A stretch of 63,202 nt of DNA, the filler included, from Octopus bimaculoides (lineage: Eukaryota), in NCBI RefSeq assembly GCF_001194135.2. It is 10 parts of 8 records of this genome, joined end to end, with 100 filler letters (N's around TTAATTAATTAA, not from the genome) between each part and the next. Parts side by side here need not be neighbours in the genome. Positions count along the whole stretch, not along the records: positions 1 to 16,006 come from NC_068986.1; positions 16,107 to 21,755 come from NC_068996.1; positions 21,856 to 29,442 come from NC_068988.1; 7 more parts are not named here. One strand, 5' to 3'. Under the pieces are notes generated by a model. That model searched no databases, was not told where the DNA came from, and saw only the letters and a program-made list of their open reading frames with translations. Both the position numbers and the translations under genes were made by a program. How positions within the stretch are numbered: position 1 is the stretch's first letter; each line of letters opens with the position of its first letter. Shown here one piece after another: positions 13,920-27,628 of this stretch.

Positions 13920-14260
13920 TACAACATCGTTAGGTTGTTGTTTGAAGATGTTGCGTCTACCGGGGGTTTGCACTGTTTGTCAATACATCTAGATTGTAGG
14001 GTATCTCTAAGGTTTCCGATGTTTCTTTCAGATTGGGTGGTATTGAACCCAATGCTCCGATGACAATAGGGATAACCTTTATGCTTGACTCTCCTAGCTG
14101 CCACATCTTAGCGATCTCAGTTCTCAGGTCTCCATATTTATCAACTCTTTCTCTTTCATGATGATATGTTGATCTCCTGGCACTGCTACGTCGATTATTA
14201 GGCACTCTTGTTTGTCCCTCCTAAAGGTTACGATATCCGGCCTTCGGTGTTCTAACACAC
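13920..14260 (-). mobile_element. 3' end of an RLE-type (R2/NeSL/CRE-like) non-LTR retrotransposon
   Basis: VLEHRRPDI...EKVDKYGDLRTEIAKMWQL...KVIPIVIGALGSIP: restriction-like endonuclease motifs, followed by an (AAT)n tail on the minus strand. Confidence 0.85.
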
Positions 14261-14497
14261 TCACTGACAAAATTTCCACTCATTTACTTATTTATTTTTC
14301 TTAAAATTCTCGCTGCGTCTTGAAACCTTTTCAGTAGTCGTTGAGTCTCGACTATTGAAAAGGTTGCAAGGCGCAATGAAAATTTTAGAAAAATAAATTA
14401 GTAAATGAGTGGAAATTTTATCGGTGAGTGTGTTAAATTATAAGGAACTAAAAGAGAATTACTCTTCCCAAGAACAACAATATATATATTTATATCA

Positions 14498-14630
14498 TAC
14501 CAAATCCACTCACAAATCTTTTGGTCGGACTGAGACTATAGCAGAATACATTTGCCCAAGGTGCCGCACAGTGGGGCTGAACCCGGAACCATGAGGTTGG
14601 GAAGCAAGTTCTTATTACACAGCCACTCCT
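14498..14630 (-). mobile_element. SINE family A, 5' half
   Basis: CAAATCCACTCACAAATC...GGGCTGAACCCGGAACCATG...ACACAGCCACTCCT. Confidence 0.8.
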
Positions 14631-14899
14631 TAAATGATAAACAAACCAAGGCTGTTATGGAAATGATTTAATTTGACCGGTGGAGCGGCGAATATTAGGA
14701 AACATCTTTGGAAATCATGGCCTACATAGAATTTGTAAAGGTGAATGCGAAATTGGTAAAAAGATTGCGAAAGAATTCGACATGACTTGCCTCAGTAGGT
14801 AAGGAATAAAACTGCCAGCACTAGAATCACGTGTTCGAATCAGATGCTGTTGTTTCTTAGATGTTCATGTAGTTCTTCTGTTTGTGTGGTATGTGTCTG

Positions 14900-15345
14900 T
14901 GCTTATATGAGAGTGTTTGCTTGTGTGTGTGTGTGTGTGAGGGAGTGTGTGTGTCTGAGAGTGTGCGTGTATAACTAGGTGTCTGTGTGTGTGTTTCTGT
15001 CATTTCTTCTGTCTGTGTGCGCATGAGTGTGTGTGTATATATATATATTTATATGTGTGTGTTTTTGTGTATATATATTTGCATGTGTATGTGTATGCAC
15101 ACACGTTTGAGTGACTCTGTGCGCACATGAATGTGTGTGTATATATATATCTGTAGGTGTGTATGTACATATGTGTGCGTGTGTGTGTTTGTATGTGTGC
15201 GTGTGAGTGTCTGTGCGTGTACAATTATATGTGTGTGCGTGTGTCTGAGAGAGTGCGTGTATACCTATATGTGTCAGTGTGTGTGTTTCTGTGTATGTGT
15301 ATAAGCATCTGTCATTTCTTCTATGACTGTACGCGCATGAGTTTC

Positions 15346-15377
<32 letters not shown>

Positions 15378-15972
15378 CATATATATGTGTGTGTGTGTGT
15401 GTACATATATGTGCGCGTTTGTGTGTACGTGTGTATGTGTGCGTGTTTTTGTGTGTGCACGTGTGGAGGGTGTACAATTCTACACAATACAGTGCTCAGC
15501 AAATTTCGGATTTAAAATTCAAAATAGAAATACACAACGAGGAACCAGAATCAGATTATCATTTTGGATTCATGTATTGTGGCATTTCTTAAGTCTTTCT
15601 TAAAAATACCCATCTGAAAATTGGAAAATACACATGTATACAAAAAATGTATACATATGTAAATACATACATACATGCATACATACATGCATATATACAT
15701 GCATATATTCGTATACGTATATATACTTTTCGTACGTGTACACACGGGTATATACACACGTTTATGCAATATATGCATGTATGTATGTATGTATGTATGC
15801 ATATAAATACATGTGTACGTATGTGTGCATGTGTGTGCGTGCGTTAGCGTGTGTGTGTGTGTATTTCATCATTCATTAGTATACACCGATACCCATGAAT
15901 ATATATATATATATATATACTCACATGCATGCATACATACATATATATATATATATGTAAATATATATATAT

Positions 15973-16006
<34 letters not shown>

Positions 16007-16120
16007 NNNNNNNNNNNNNNNNNNNNNNNNNNNNNNNNNNNNNNNNNNNNTTAATTAATTAANNNNNNNNNNNNNNNNNNNNNNNNNNNNNNNNNNNNNN
16101 NNNNNNTATATATATATATA
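14900..16120. repeat. Compound (GT)n/(CA)n/(TA)n/(ATAC)n microsatellite block
   Basis: Seen directly. Confidence 0.95.
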
Positions 16121-18207
16121 TGTACGTATGTATGTATCTATTAATCTATCTTTCTACACACGCACGCTTCTATGTATATTTAATACAGATAGTATTCGTT
16201 ACTAATCACAATATCATCGTCACCCTTTTCATGCAAACGAAATTAAATAAGTGCATTTTTTGTTTATATATAACATGCAGTTATATAATAAAATATTGTT
16301 ACATACAAAATGGAAGTGAATTGAAGCAAGGCGATATGTAAATATTTAATAGCAATGTCATCTCAATATTACTTATCTTGAAAAGAAAAACGTAAAAACA
16401 ATATTTAAGCAATAAAATATTAATTCATAGTAGAACGCCGACAAAGAATGCAGCTGTTAAAATTGTGAATTTTAAGCTATAAATTAAAATACGGCTAAGG
16501 GTTGTTAACAAAATGGTCATTTAATATTTCAAAAGTATAGCGCGCTTTCACAAATACCTCACGCGTGCTTGCTTGAGAAGTTTCTTTGCGTTTGAAAAAT
16601 AACAACTGGAAAACAATATCAAAAATTCTCTTCACTGAACACTTTTATTGAAAAGTCTAATTTTGGTTAAGCCTGCTTATTTTTCTCCTTCTGGGAACAG
16701 AATGTAGGAGATGAATATTTATTATACCTTATTATTCCTGAGGGTCTCACCAAACTGATCACAAATGGATGGTTGCAGCAATTTAAGTATTTACATTTGC
16801 ATATATGACACGGTAGTTACTTACTCACGCACACAGAGAAATGCGTACATAATTATATTAATTAATTATTTATTTGTTTATTTTTGCTTGATGTGTTTGC
16901 TTGAATGGTCAGTGGGGAAGACCATCATAAACTCTAGCAGACTAGTGAAATTGTTGACGTTAATGTTTCTCTTAACCCTTCACCCTTTCTGTGTATCACG
17001 TGTAATACACAGGACGTATTTCGTTGGCATACATGCATCGTATGTGATACACATTTTCTTTTCTTTCAACCATCTGGATAATTTGGGATATGTAGAATAC
17101 AAGCTTTACATTTCAAGGACTGTAGAACAAAATGGCTAAAAAGAAAATTTGAAGACAAGCATGGGTGTTTAGGACAAACTTATGAAAATGATTTGGACAG
17201 GTGAAAGATGAAACTACTGCTAGTCAACATGTGAGAAAGATATGAGCAGATGTGAAATTCTAAAGGGCCAACGTCCAAATAAAGAATTACTAGAAATAGT
17301 GATTAGTGCAATTTCGGACGGGAGCAATATAAAGAATGTGTGAAGGACATGTGTTGTTAGAATACTTGAGAGGAAGTGATATGAGCCCAGCTAGTGATCT
17401 TATGATATCGGTCGGATAACCTTACTCATGACGCGGTCTTGCAGTTTCTGTGCGTGAAATAACAGTAATATCTCATGTGTAAGAATGTTACATTATTATG
17501 GGCATCAACTGAATATTGTAGGCTGCCAGTAATTCCCCAAGGGAAAAAATTACATACAAACATTCTTATTTACACAAATACCTGCATGCAGGCTTACATG
17601 TATAAAATCACGCATGTATACATACATCAATGCATGCATACACATACACATATACTGAAACACATATATCAACACACAAATATGAATTACACACATAAAC
17701 GTTATTCTCACTAACGAAATCTCCTCTCGACTTTTTAATCTATTTATTTAAAATTTCTATGATAAGTTAAAGAAACTTACAGAAAAGAAATAAAATCTTG
17801 ATAAAAGTCATAAACTCACACAGATGAAACGATTTTGTCTTTTCTGTAACTTATGTGTTCAATCGACCTCAAAAAATAATCGGTGTGTGGGGTTTGGAAC
17901 GAAAGGAATAATGGTAAAAATAGCCAAAAGAAAAAAAAAGAGCGATCTAAATCTTCTTAAATCTAAAGATTTAATTCTTGAGATTTTTAGATTAAAATTT
18001 AAACTTTAAACCCTGCAAATACAATGATGAGGAATAAATGTCAAAATGAGTTTTTGTTTGTCATAATATTTGTGCGTATATATTACACATACCTACGTAC
18101 ATACATTACATACATACATATATTTGTATGCCTATGTGCATATATATATATACACACGCACTTCTACATACGTATATATGCGTATAATATATGTATTTAC
18201 ATGTATA

Positions 18208-18290
<83 letters not shown>

Positions 18291-19063
18291 GTATGTGTGT
18301 GTATTTGTGTGTTAATATGCGTGTGCATATGTATATCTATATATAGACAATAGTAGTATTAACTTTAACATCACTTGTTTTCATATATAGAAATACTGAA
18401 AAAAATAACTGGTTCCGTACTTTATACATATACACCTGCACACAAACACTGCGCACAAATAGACGCATACACGCACCCACACACGTACAAAGATATATAC
18501 AAAAAGAAAGAGAGAGAGAGAAATTGATATATAGTAAATAAATAGACATAGATATATACACATACATACACGTAAATTTATACATATATACATACGCCCA
18601 CATGCATACAATCATGCCCATATATTAGGTGTATATACATATGCATATGTATGTCTGTGTATTTATCTATATGTGTGCAAATACCTATATATACACACAC
18701 ACACACATATATATATATATACATCCATACATGTATATATACATATACACCCCCCTCCACACACACATACACATATGCATATACATTCAATGTTGTAGTT
18801 GTCTATCAAGTTTAAACTGAAGCTATCACATCGTGAAAAATTCATTTAATATCACATAAACGGTTAAATTTATTTTTATTTCAAGAAAAGTGAAAGCTTT
18901 CGCTATACATCTGTAATCTGGACATTGAATCAATTCGTCTGAAGTCAGTAAAATTGTATTAGTGACTATGCTGCAATTGTGCGACGAAAACTTTGTAATT
19001 TCATGAAATAATAATCAAATTAGCTGTTTATTAAATCAACATGGTCTTCACAATGTAACTGTT

Positions 19064-19128
<65 letters not shown>

Positions 19129-19229
19129 CTTTCACTCTCTATTTATCTATTCATTGGGTCGAACACCAATAGTACTAACATAAATCCGACCAAAGACAAC
19201 AAAACATGGTATAGCATTACTAGTTCTGT

Positions 19230-20100
19230 GGATATTTCTGTAGCTTTTAGTTGCGTTTCTTCCTGTCGTTTTATCCATAAGCAACCTTACTTTATAACCC
19301 TCTGTCACTGTTTGCGGCCAGTCGCTGTCTCCTTTCGTGAAAGCCACAGTCCAATTGAGATGTTACATTGAGAGAGTCATTTTTAAAATGAAGTTTCCGG
19401 CTCTTTCTTTGAAGGCGTACGCATTTCATCTCTCTGGTGGAAACGTGATCCTAGCGTTTTCCATATGAATCAAGTTCTATCAAAATAGACTGAACACGAG
19501 ATATATTTATTTAACTGTTGCGAGATCTCAATGCAATGAATGTGGTCTTGCCAGGATAATATTCATTGCAGATCGAAGCTGGTGCACCAGCAGATTCATC
19601 AACTTTTTCTTATGCAGAGCATATTCTGATTGTCGGTCTCAGAAGAATAACCACGGACAGGCTTATTACAACTATAGTTTAATTTTATAGTTTGTTTGCC
19701 GTTAAATATCTTCACATCGTGACTGAAATTCTGAATTTCCTGAAAGTGACCGCATAATCCAGAGCTTCAAGAGGAATTATTGATGACTGATTTAATCGTT
19801 CACTAAGATGTTTCCGCCAGTGTTGTGATAAGATCGTCCAAGATTGTAGAAACATAAGCTATTCTTACGTTAAATCGGAGCGCCTCCAACTCTCTGGGGA
19901 AAGTACACTTCTCTACAGAAGGCCTTTACATTATAAAGCAAGAATCTTCAAGGACCTGAATGTCATCTTCCTCCTTAATCCCATCGTCGGAATTTCAGAC
20001 ACCGCAGCTCCTTTTCCAATGAGGAATTGGCGTCTTTCAAACAACTGGTAACTTGATGTATTCTCTGTACATTGAGAACAGTTTAAAGCGACCTTCGTCT
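19230..20100 (-). mobile_element. Decayed RTE-clade LINE ORF2 (endonuclease-RT linker to RT start)
   Basis: Heavily frameshifted segments resembling the RTE consensus: LRCLKFR..WD, KAFYREVY, ILSQHWRKHLSERLNQSSII, FTKGD. Confidence 0.55.
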
Positions 20101-21464
20101 TTCAAATAAGAGCTACTCTATTTTTTATATTATTTTCGTCAAACGTGTCAGCATGTTTGCGTTTAGGGAATACTATCGAAAGAATGACTGCTTTCAAGAT
20201 TGTGTCAGGCAACCACCGCTACCATCATATACAGGCAGATGATGGTACCAGTTTCAGTAGGCTATTCATACATACATACATGCATGCATGCATACATGCA
20301 TACATGCATACATACATACATACATACATATATGCACACACACACACACAACCGCACGCGCGCATACACATATTATACACANNNNNNNNNNNNNNNNNNN
20401 NNNNNNNNNNNNNNNNNNNNNNNNNNNNNNNNNNNNNNNNNNNNNNNNNNNNNNNNNNNNNNNNNNNNNNNNNNNNNNNNNNNNNNNNNNNNNNNNNNNN
20501 NNNNNNNNNNNNNNNNNNNNNNNNNNNNNNNNNNNNNNNNNNNNNNNNNNNNNNNNNNNNNNNNNNNNNNNNNNNNNNNNNNNNNNNNNNNNNNNNNNNN
20601 NNNNNNNNNNNNNNNNNNNNNNNNNNNNNNNNNNNNNNNNNNNNNNNNNNNNNNNNNNNNNNNNNNNNNNNNNNNNNNNNNNNNNNNNNNNNNNNNNNNN
20701 NNNNNNNNNNNNNNNNNNNNNNNNNNNNNNNNNNNNNNNNNNNNNNNNNNNNNNNNNNNNNNNNNNNNNNNNNNNNNNNNNNNNNNNNNNNNNNNNNNNN
20801 NNNNNNNNNNNNNNNNNNNNNNNNNNNNNNNNNNNNNNNNNNNNNNNNNNNNNNNNNNNNNNNNNNNNNNNNNNNNNNNNNNNNNNNNNNNNNNNNNNNN
20901 NNNNNNNNNNNNNNNNGGCCAGAGTTCTTTCGTCACACTTCTGTGACCTCATCAGTGGTCCTTTGCTTTCTTCTTTCTTATGTGTATCCCACCTTGTTAA
21001 CGATCAGCCATTTTGTATTTTGTATTCCTATTGTATGTGTCTACGCATGCGTATCCCTCAATGTGTGTCTATGTTTTGTAAGTGCATGTGTGTGTATGAG
21101 GAGTGCCTGTATTATCTATATCCTCTGTTAATACATGTTCGTTTATTTTTGTTTTTATTTATTTATTTGTTCATGTGTTTATATCTACTTTTTTAATTTT
21201 TTTGCTTTATTTTTGTGTTTTGTATTAGTTTTTGTTTTTTTTGTATTTAATTTGATTTTGTTAACGTATGTAGTATTTAATTCCATTTGTTTATCTATGT
21301 ATTGTATTGTATTATATTTTGTTCATATTGTTATCGGTTTATGGGGAATTTATTGTCATATGTTGGGGTTTGTTGGGTGGGGTGTGTTAGTGTTCCATTC
21401 CAGTTTCCTATTCAGGCTGTGTTTATCTTCTATTATGTGTTTAGCTTCTGTAATTTGAAGAAGT

Positions 21465-21578
21465 AGTAGTAGTAGAAGAAGAAGAAGAAGAAGAAGAAGA
21501 AGAAGAAGAAGAAGAAGAAGAAGAAGAAGAAGAAGAAGAAGATGAAGAAAGAAGAGGAGGAGGAGGAGGATGATAATA

Positions 21579-21624
<46 letters not shown>

Positions 21625-21650
21625 GAAGAAGAAGAAGAAGAAGAAGAAGA
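21465..21650. repeat. (AGA)n-(AAT)n-(AGA)n microsatellite
   Basis: Seen directly. Confidence 0.95.
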
Positions 21651-22096
21651 ATATTTGCAGTAGTGTTAGTAATGGAAGTATTTTTTAGTGATGGTGATAA
21701 CAACGATGACAATTATGGTATAAATCAGGCAAGTTATACGGAAAAGTCTGTATATNNNNNNNNNNNNNNNNNNNNNNNNNNNNNNNNNNNNNNNNNNNNT
21801 TAATTAATTAANNNNNNNNNNNNNNNNNNNNNNNNNNNNNNNNNNNNNNNNNNNNAGGAATAGACAAATGGTAAGAATTTGTTAAATCCGAAACCTGGTT
21901 CCTGTTTAATAATGATTTTTTTAGGTGATTTTAAATGTCTTGCCCGCTCACGTTTTTGGTATGCTGCTATATTTCATGTTGAGAACTTTTTAGGTCTTAA
22001 TAGACACAAGATGTGATCTATTTCTAGCGCATTAATTGTCCACGTTAGTGGTCGACGTTATTTTTTAACATATATATATATATATATATATATATA

Positions 22097-22501
22097 CTTT
22101 TATTATTTTACTTGTTTCAGCGTCATTAGACTGTGACCATGCTGGGGCATCGCCATGAAGAATTTTAGTCGATTGAATCGACCCCAATTCTTGTTTTATT
22201 TTTGAGCCTGCTACTTATTCTATCGATATCTTTGGCCGAATCGCTAATTTACGGGGACGTAAACACACCAGCACCAGTTGTCAAGCGGCGGTGGCGGACA
22301 AACATAGAAACGCAGACACACAAATACACACACACACATATACGACAGAGTTTTGTCAGTTTCTGTCTACCGAATCCACTCAAGATTTTGGTCGGCTAGA
22401 GGGTATAGTAGAATACACTTGCCCAAGGTGCCACGCAGTGGGACTGATCCCGGAACAATGTGGTTCAGGATACGTAAAGGCAACACCTTTACCACACAGC
22501 C
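22097..22501 (-). mobile_element. SINE family A, diverged
   Basis: Aligns by eye over its length to the 25196 copy (CAAATCCACTCACAAG, TTGCCCAAGGTGCCACGCAGTGGGACTGA). Confidence 0.85.
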
Positions 22502-22817
22502 GGTGAGTATGTAGGGATGTCGTATTATCCTAGATATATCATTTCATCCTAGCAGGTACCATAATAGCCTCAGGTATATTCCAGGCTCCGGCTGACCACA
22601 TTAGGTAATAATATTCCACTGTAATTTTTCTGATGATTAAATCCGGTATTTGAGAATAAATATATTTGAGATTCCCGTTGGCTACTTGACTTTCCAGCTC
22701 TATGCTCTAACGCGCGTCGATCATTTTAATTAACTAATTATGCTGTATAATTAACTGTTAAAGCTAAAGAAAAATTTGAAGATGTACCAATCTCGGTATT
22801 CTTTGTAATTGCTTTGG

Positions 22818-22870
<53 letters not shown>

Positions 22871-23569
22871 GCAGGCTGTGGTGAATTACTGCTATGTCTA
22901 GCAGGTGAGTATTAATCACCGACGCTATGATGACATAAAATTAGGTCGAAACTGTGCAGTTTGGTNNNNNNNNNNNNNNNNNNNNNNNNNNNNNNNNNNN
23001 NNNNNNNNNNNNNNNNNNNNNNNNNNNNNNNNNNNNNNNNNNNNNNNNNNNNNNNNNNNNNNNNNNNNNNNNNNNNNNNNNNNNNNNNNNNNNNNNNNNN
23101 NNNNNNNNNNNNNNNNNNNNNNNNNNNNNNNNNNNNNNNNNNNNNNNNNNNNNNNNNNNNNNNNNNNNNNNNNNNNNNNNNNNNNNNNNNNNNNNNNNNN
23201 NNNNNNNNNNNNNNNNNNNNNNNNNNNNNNNNNNNNNNNNNNNNNNNNNNNNNNNNNNNNNNNNNNNNNNNNNNNNNNNNNNNNNNNNNNNNNNNNNNNN
23301 NNNNNNNNNNNNNNNNNNNNNNNNNNNNNNNNNNNNNNNNNNNNNNNNNNNNNNNNNNNNNNNNNNNNNNNNNNNNNNNNNNNNNNNNNNNNNNNNNNNN
23401 NNNNNNNNNTATATATATATATATATATGATGGCTGTCGACTCATTACCCGAGTTTGACTTTTCTCAACACCAGTACTGACAGAGTACATACACATAGGC
23501 ACAGAAATACGCAGTAATGTGGAGTTAACTATTTACAGCTTAAAATTACTATATGGTTAGAAATAGTCT

Positions 23570-24660
23570 GTGTTTTATGTGTCCGGAAATGAGTTTTTAG
23601 TCCAGCGAGAGACTTACTAATCTTTCTACCCAGACGACATGTAAACGCTTGATTTCGTTGTGAAGACTGTTGCATACTGATATTGTGATATTTGATACGC
23701 CTTGTCAATCCAGATTTAATCTACTTCTGCAGATATTATTGCAGAGAAAGCAAGATAATTCGACAGATCATAACTGTGAAAAAATCAGTGTGTGGCGGGT
23801 GGGGGCCTTAATAAATGTTAAATGATGACGAACTAGTCCAGTTTGGGCATGACAAGTTAGGAGAGAAGGTTCATTGGCTAGAATCAAACCCTTTCTTTCC
23901 TCTCATTTTATCACTGCGTGTTTCTGCTTGTTATCTTCAAACAAGGTAGCACTCTCTCGAATTTTTCTCCTCTATTTTGGCCGATCCGTTGCATCACTTT
24001 CCCAGTTTGCATGCATCATTTTGAAATTCACTCGCGAGATACTTGTTGAATGTTTGAAACGCATTTTTGGTTTGCATTGAGACCTCTTTGCTTTTTTTAT
24101 CTGGCCATTTAACACTTGTTTGGGCATGCGTTGATCAGATCCCCTTTTCAGGTGGCCAGTCCAGCGAAGTCTGCGTCAATTTCAATGCTATTGACATCAG
24201 CACGTTCAAGTACTTCAGAATTTGATAATTTGTGCACCAACGGTTGCGCAAACATCGCTGATGAAATTGCTCTAATAATCTGTGATGCTTCTTATATACT
24301 ACTCATGTCTCAAATGAGTAAAGGAGGGATGAAAGCAAACTTTGTGCTTTTGGTAATATTTCTATTAGGCCAAACTAACCCTTCAAGATTCTTGAAAGCC
24401 TAAGATGCTTTTTGAAGACCGTTCGCTATTTCATCATCTAAAGAGCAAGCATGATTCAATACACTTCCAAGATACGTAAATTTATCTAAAAAAAAATTCA
24501 GGTCTATCTTTTGAAGAAAAATCTCAGGTTCATAATATAAGTTGGAAGCTGGTTGAACATAACAAGTTTAATCTGAACTTATTGTTAGCTCAAAGGCCAT
24601 ACAGGATTCATAAAGTTTAAGTATTAGGTACTGCATATCACTGATGTTCCAGGACATTCT
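23570..24660 (-). mobile_element. Decayed RTE-clade LINE, RT C-terminal half
   Basis: CMAFELTIS, FTYLGSVL...LDDEIA..LQKAS.AFKNL, LEQFHQRCLR, LRWTGHL..SDQRMPKQVL, and a terminal SLAGLKTHFRTH zinc-finger-like end. Confidence 0.85.
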
Positions 24661-24769
24661 ACGGAAGGTTACTCAAGCTACACCCCCCCCCCTTTTTGTA
24701 ATTAACTGAGATGGCGCTACAGAGCAAATGAATTATTTGTAATCTGTTGTTAATATTTCTGTGTGTTAG

Positions 24770-24925
24770 GGCAACGAGCTGACAGAAATGTTAGTAAGCC
24801 GGGCAAAATACTTAGCAGCATTTCGTTCTGAGTTCAAATTTCGCTGTGCTCGACTTTACCTTTCGTCCTTTCGGGGTCGATAAAATAAGTACCAATCGAA
24901 CAGTGCGAAAATTTGAAATCAGTAT
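24770..24925 (+). mobile_element. SINE family B
   Basis: GAGCTGACAGAAATGTTAG...GTTCTGAGTTCAAATTT...GGGGTCGATAAAATAAGTACC. Confidence 0.75.
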
Positions 24926-25004
24926 TTCTGCCTGTTGATTAAATGTACCCGTAAATGATCTAAGTTTTGTGCAACGTTTTGCTTTCTTCATTCTGTCTTC
25001 ATGT

Positions 25005-25195
25005 GTGTGACCTCATAGCCTAGTTGTTAGGTTGTTCCATTCGTGATCGTGAGATCCTGATTTTAGTTCCTTGACCGAATCGTGTGATGTGTTCTTGAGC
25101 AAAGCACTTCATCTCATATTGCTCTGTAATCACTTCGACACCTGACGTGAGGTACCTGTACGGGTAATGCTGATTTGATAATGTAGAGCACAAAT
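25005..25195 (+). mobile_element. SINE family C fragment
   Basis: ATAGCCTAGTTGTTAGG...GTGTTCTTGAGCAAAGCACTTCATCTCA. Confidence 0.6.
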
Positions 25196-25616
25196 ATTTA
25201 CTCTTTTTACTCTTTTACTCTTTTACTTGTTTCAGTCATTTGACTGCAGCCATGCTGAAGCACCGCCTTTAGTCGAATCAAATCGACCCCAGGACTTATT
25301 CTTTGTAAGCCTAGTACTTATTCTATCGGTCTCTTTTGCCGAACCGCTAAGTGACAGGGACATAAACACACCAGCATCGGTTGTCAAGCAATGCTAGGGG
25401 GACAAACACAGAGACACAAACACACACACATACACACATATATATATATATACGACGGGCTTCTTTCAGTTTCCGTCTACCAAATCCACTCACAAGGCTT
25501 TGGTCGGCCCGAGGCTATAGTAGAAGGCACTTGCCCAAGATGCCACGCAGTGGGACTGAACCCGGAACCATGTGGTTGGTAAGCAAGCTACTTACCACAC
25601 AGCCACTCCTGCGCCT
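25196..25616 (-). mobile_element. tRNA-derived SINE family A, near full length
   Basis: Reverse complement of AGGCGCAGGAGTGGCTGTGTGGTAAG...CCGGGTTCAGTCCCACTGCGTGGC (A- and B-box-like), with an internal (CA)/(TA) tract and a (TAAAAGAG)n tail. Highly similar to 33715 and 50842. Confidence 0.9.
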
Positions 25617-25726
25617 ATTCATTTGATCACTATAAACAAATTATTTGCGCAGGTCGTTCAGCAAGAAATTGCAGACTCTCCTTTCTCGGGCTACTAGCGA
25701 CAACCATTATTCATTGTCTTCACATA

Positions 25727-25935
25727 GGTCGATGAACTGGCAGAATTGTTACCGCACCAAACGAAATGCTTGGCGGCAAAAAATTCAGGGGTTCAAATGC
25801 CGTCGAAGTTGATTTTTGCCTTTTATTCATTTGGCGATCGGTAAAATAAGTACCAGTCAAGAACTGGGGTCAATGTAATCGACTACCTCCAACTCCCCAA
25901 ATTTCAAGCTTTGTACCTAGGATAAAAAGAACTTA
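25727..25935 (+). mobile_element. SINE family B, diverged
   Basis: GAACTGGCAGAATTGTTA...GGGGTTCAAATGCC...AAAATAAGTACCAGTC...CCCCAAATTTCAAG. Confidence 0.7.
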
Positions 25936-26129
25936 TAATGTTTTCATGTGTGTGCTGTGATTGTAGAGGAAGCATTGTGTATAACACTTAGTAAATTTGT
26001 CTTGTGTGTGTGTGTGTGTGTGTGTATGTGTGTGTGTGTGTGTGTGGTATGTTTAAATACTTCAGTGTGAAAAACGATTGTTTTTATGTCCTCTAGTCTT
26101 GTTGGTAAAGAGAGAGAGGGGGGGAGCAA

Positions 26130-26870
26130 GTTGATTTGGTTGGTGTTAATTTGTAGCTGTTGTTTTGGAGCCAGGTTTTTAAGTGATTTATGTCGGGTTG
26201 GAGTAGGTCGGTCCGGTCTGGAGAATCAAGGTGAGAGAGAGAAATAATTTACCTATGATGATCGACATGCGTGTGTGCCTGCGCGAGCGCGTGCGTGTGT
26301 GTGTATGTATGTGTGAGAGAGAGAGATGTGGGAAGATGTGTGCCTCTGTGTGTATGCGTGCGCATGTGTACGTGTGCAGGTGTACGTGTGCGCGCGCGTG
26401 TTTCGAGAGATATGAGTTTTGATGGTGCAGCTATTGATTGAAAAGCGTGGGTGAAAGGAAAAATCCTTGTAGGATTCCATTCGGAAAATTACAAATTTTA
26501 TAAATGTTGTTTTTGTTCACTAAATAGGCTTGGCCATCTGACAGGTAGTTGGTTTGCAAGCCAGCGCTATGTGTTGTTTCCTTAAGGAGATTTAGGTATT
26601 TTGTATATGAGTGGATAGCGGGTTTGGGGAGATGATAGAGGCGAACTAAAAGATTTATTGATGCCAATGGTTGTTGGGGAAGTAGAAGTGAGTTGTTTAC
26701 TTTGCCGTTGAAGCCGCCAGGTCTTCTGTATTAGGTTTGTAAGCTGTGTGTGGCAGTTAGACTGAAGAGTATGAATCTATGCTTTGATTTGGGAAAGAGA
26801 AACGTGTTGGTTAGTGATGTCTTTCTAACTCGTTGTGATTGTACATTGGATAGTGGGTGACTTTGTTTTG
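26130..26870 (-). mobile_element. Decayed Jockey/I-like LINE reverse transcriptase interrupted by a microsatellite
   Basis: NGILQGFFLSPTLFN (PQG..LSP.LFN motif) and downstream DLLQPDIKSL...QLQIN. Confidence 0.5.
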
Positions 26871-27628
26871 CGACGCTGCTTCACTTGAACTCTTTTTTTT
26901 TTCGTTTTAAAGTTCCTATGATTTTTCCTCCTGGTTTCGAGATTTCAGATATTTAGTAGAACTGAATCGATTGGGTTAACGTTACTTGACAGGATTTTTC
27001 CCTGCATTGAGAGAAATATTGTGCGCGTAAATATTTTCTCCCTCTCTCTCCCCCTCCCCCATCTCCTCTCCTCTCTCTTTCTCTCTCTCTCTCCAGTGGT
27101 CAATCCACTACGTTCCGTTGGGACAACGGTATGAGAGTTGAAAAGGTTTCAACGTCTACTGGGAACTATATAAGCACGTAAAGCAAAGTAAGCTATTGAA
27201 ATGCAGTTTGTTGGTTATGGACATAGTACTATAAACTCTCAGCTTACAGCTAGGTAGATTGTTGACAGTTGATAATGTGTTTGTCAAGGACACTACACAG
27301 TAATCTATACTACATTATAGTACCTACTTAAAGCTAAGTCGACTGTTGACAGTAAACTGTATTGGTCATGGACAATGTACGGTGAACTATTCAACTCTGT
27401 GATACTAAGGTGGATATTGAAGTGTGTTAGTCATAAATACAGTGCAGTAAATTATCCTACACTATGTCATCTACTTGCAGTTCGGAAGACTGGTGACAGT
27501 TAAGTTTGTTATTGACAGCTAAGATGACTGTTGACAGTTGATAATGTGTTTGTCAAGGACATTGTGCAGTGAACTATATTACGTCTAAGTAGACTCTTGA
27601 CAATTCTTAGTGCACTGGACATAGTAAC

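Noticed and set aside
19230-24660. The two minus-strand RTE relics as one fragmented element
   Set aside because: Their order is wrong for a single copy: the C-terminal part lies upstream of the more N-terminal part on the coding strand.
25560-25616. tRNA-like A/B boxes in SINE heads as tRNA genes
   Set aside because: No acceptor stem or cloverleaf; each continues into a multi-copy SINE body.
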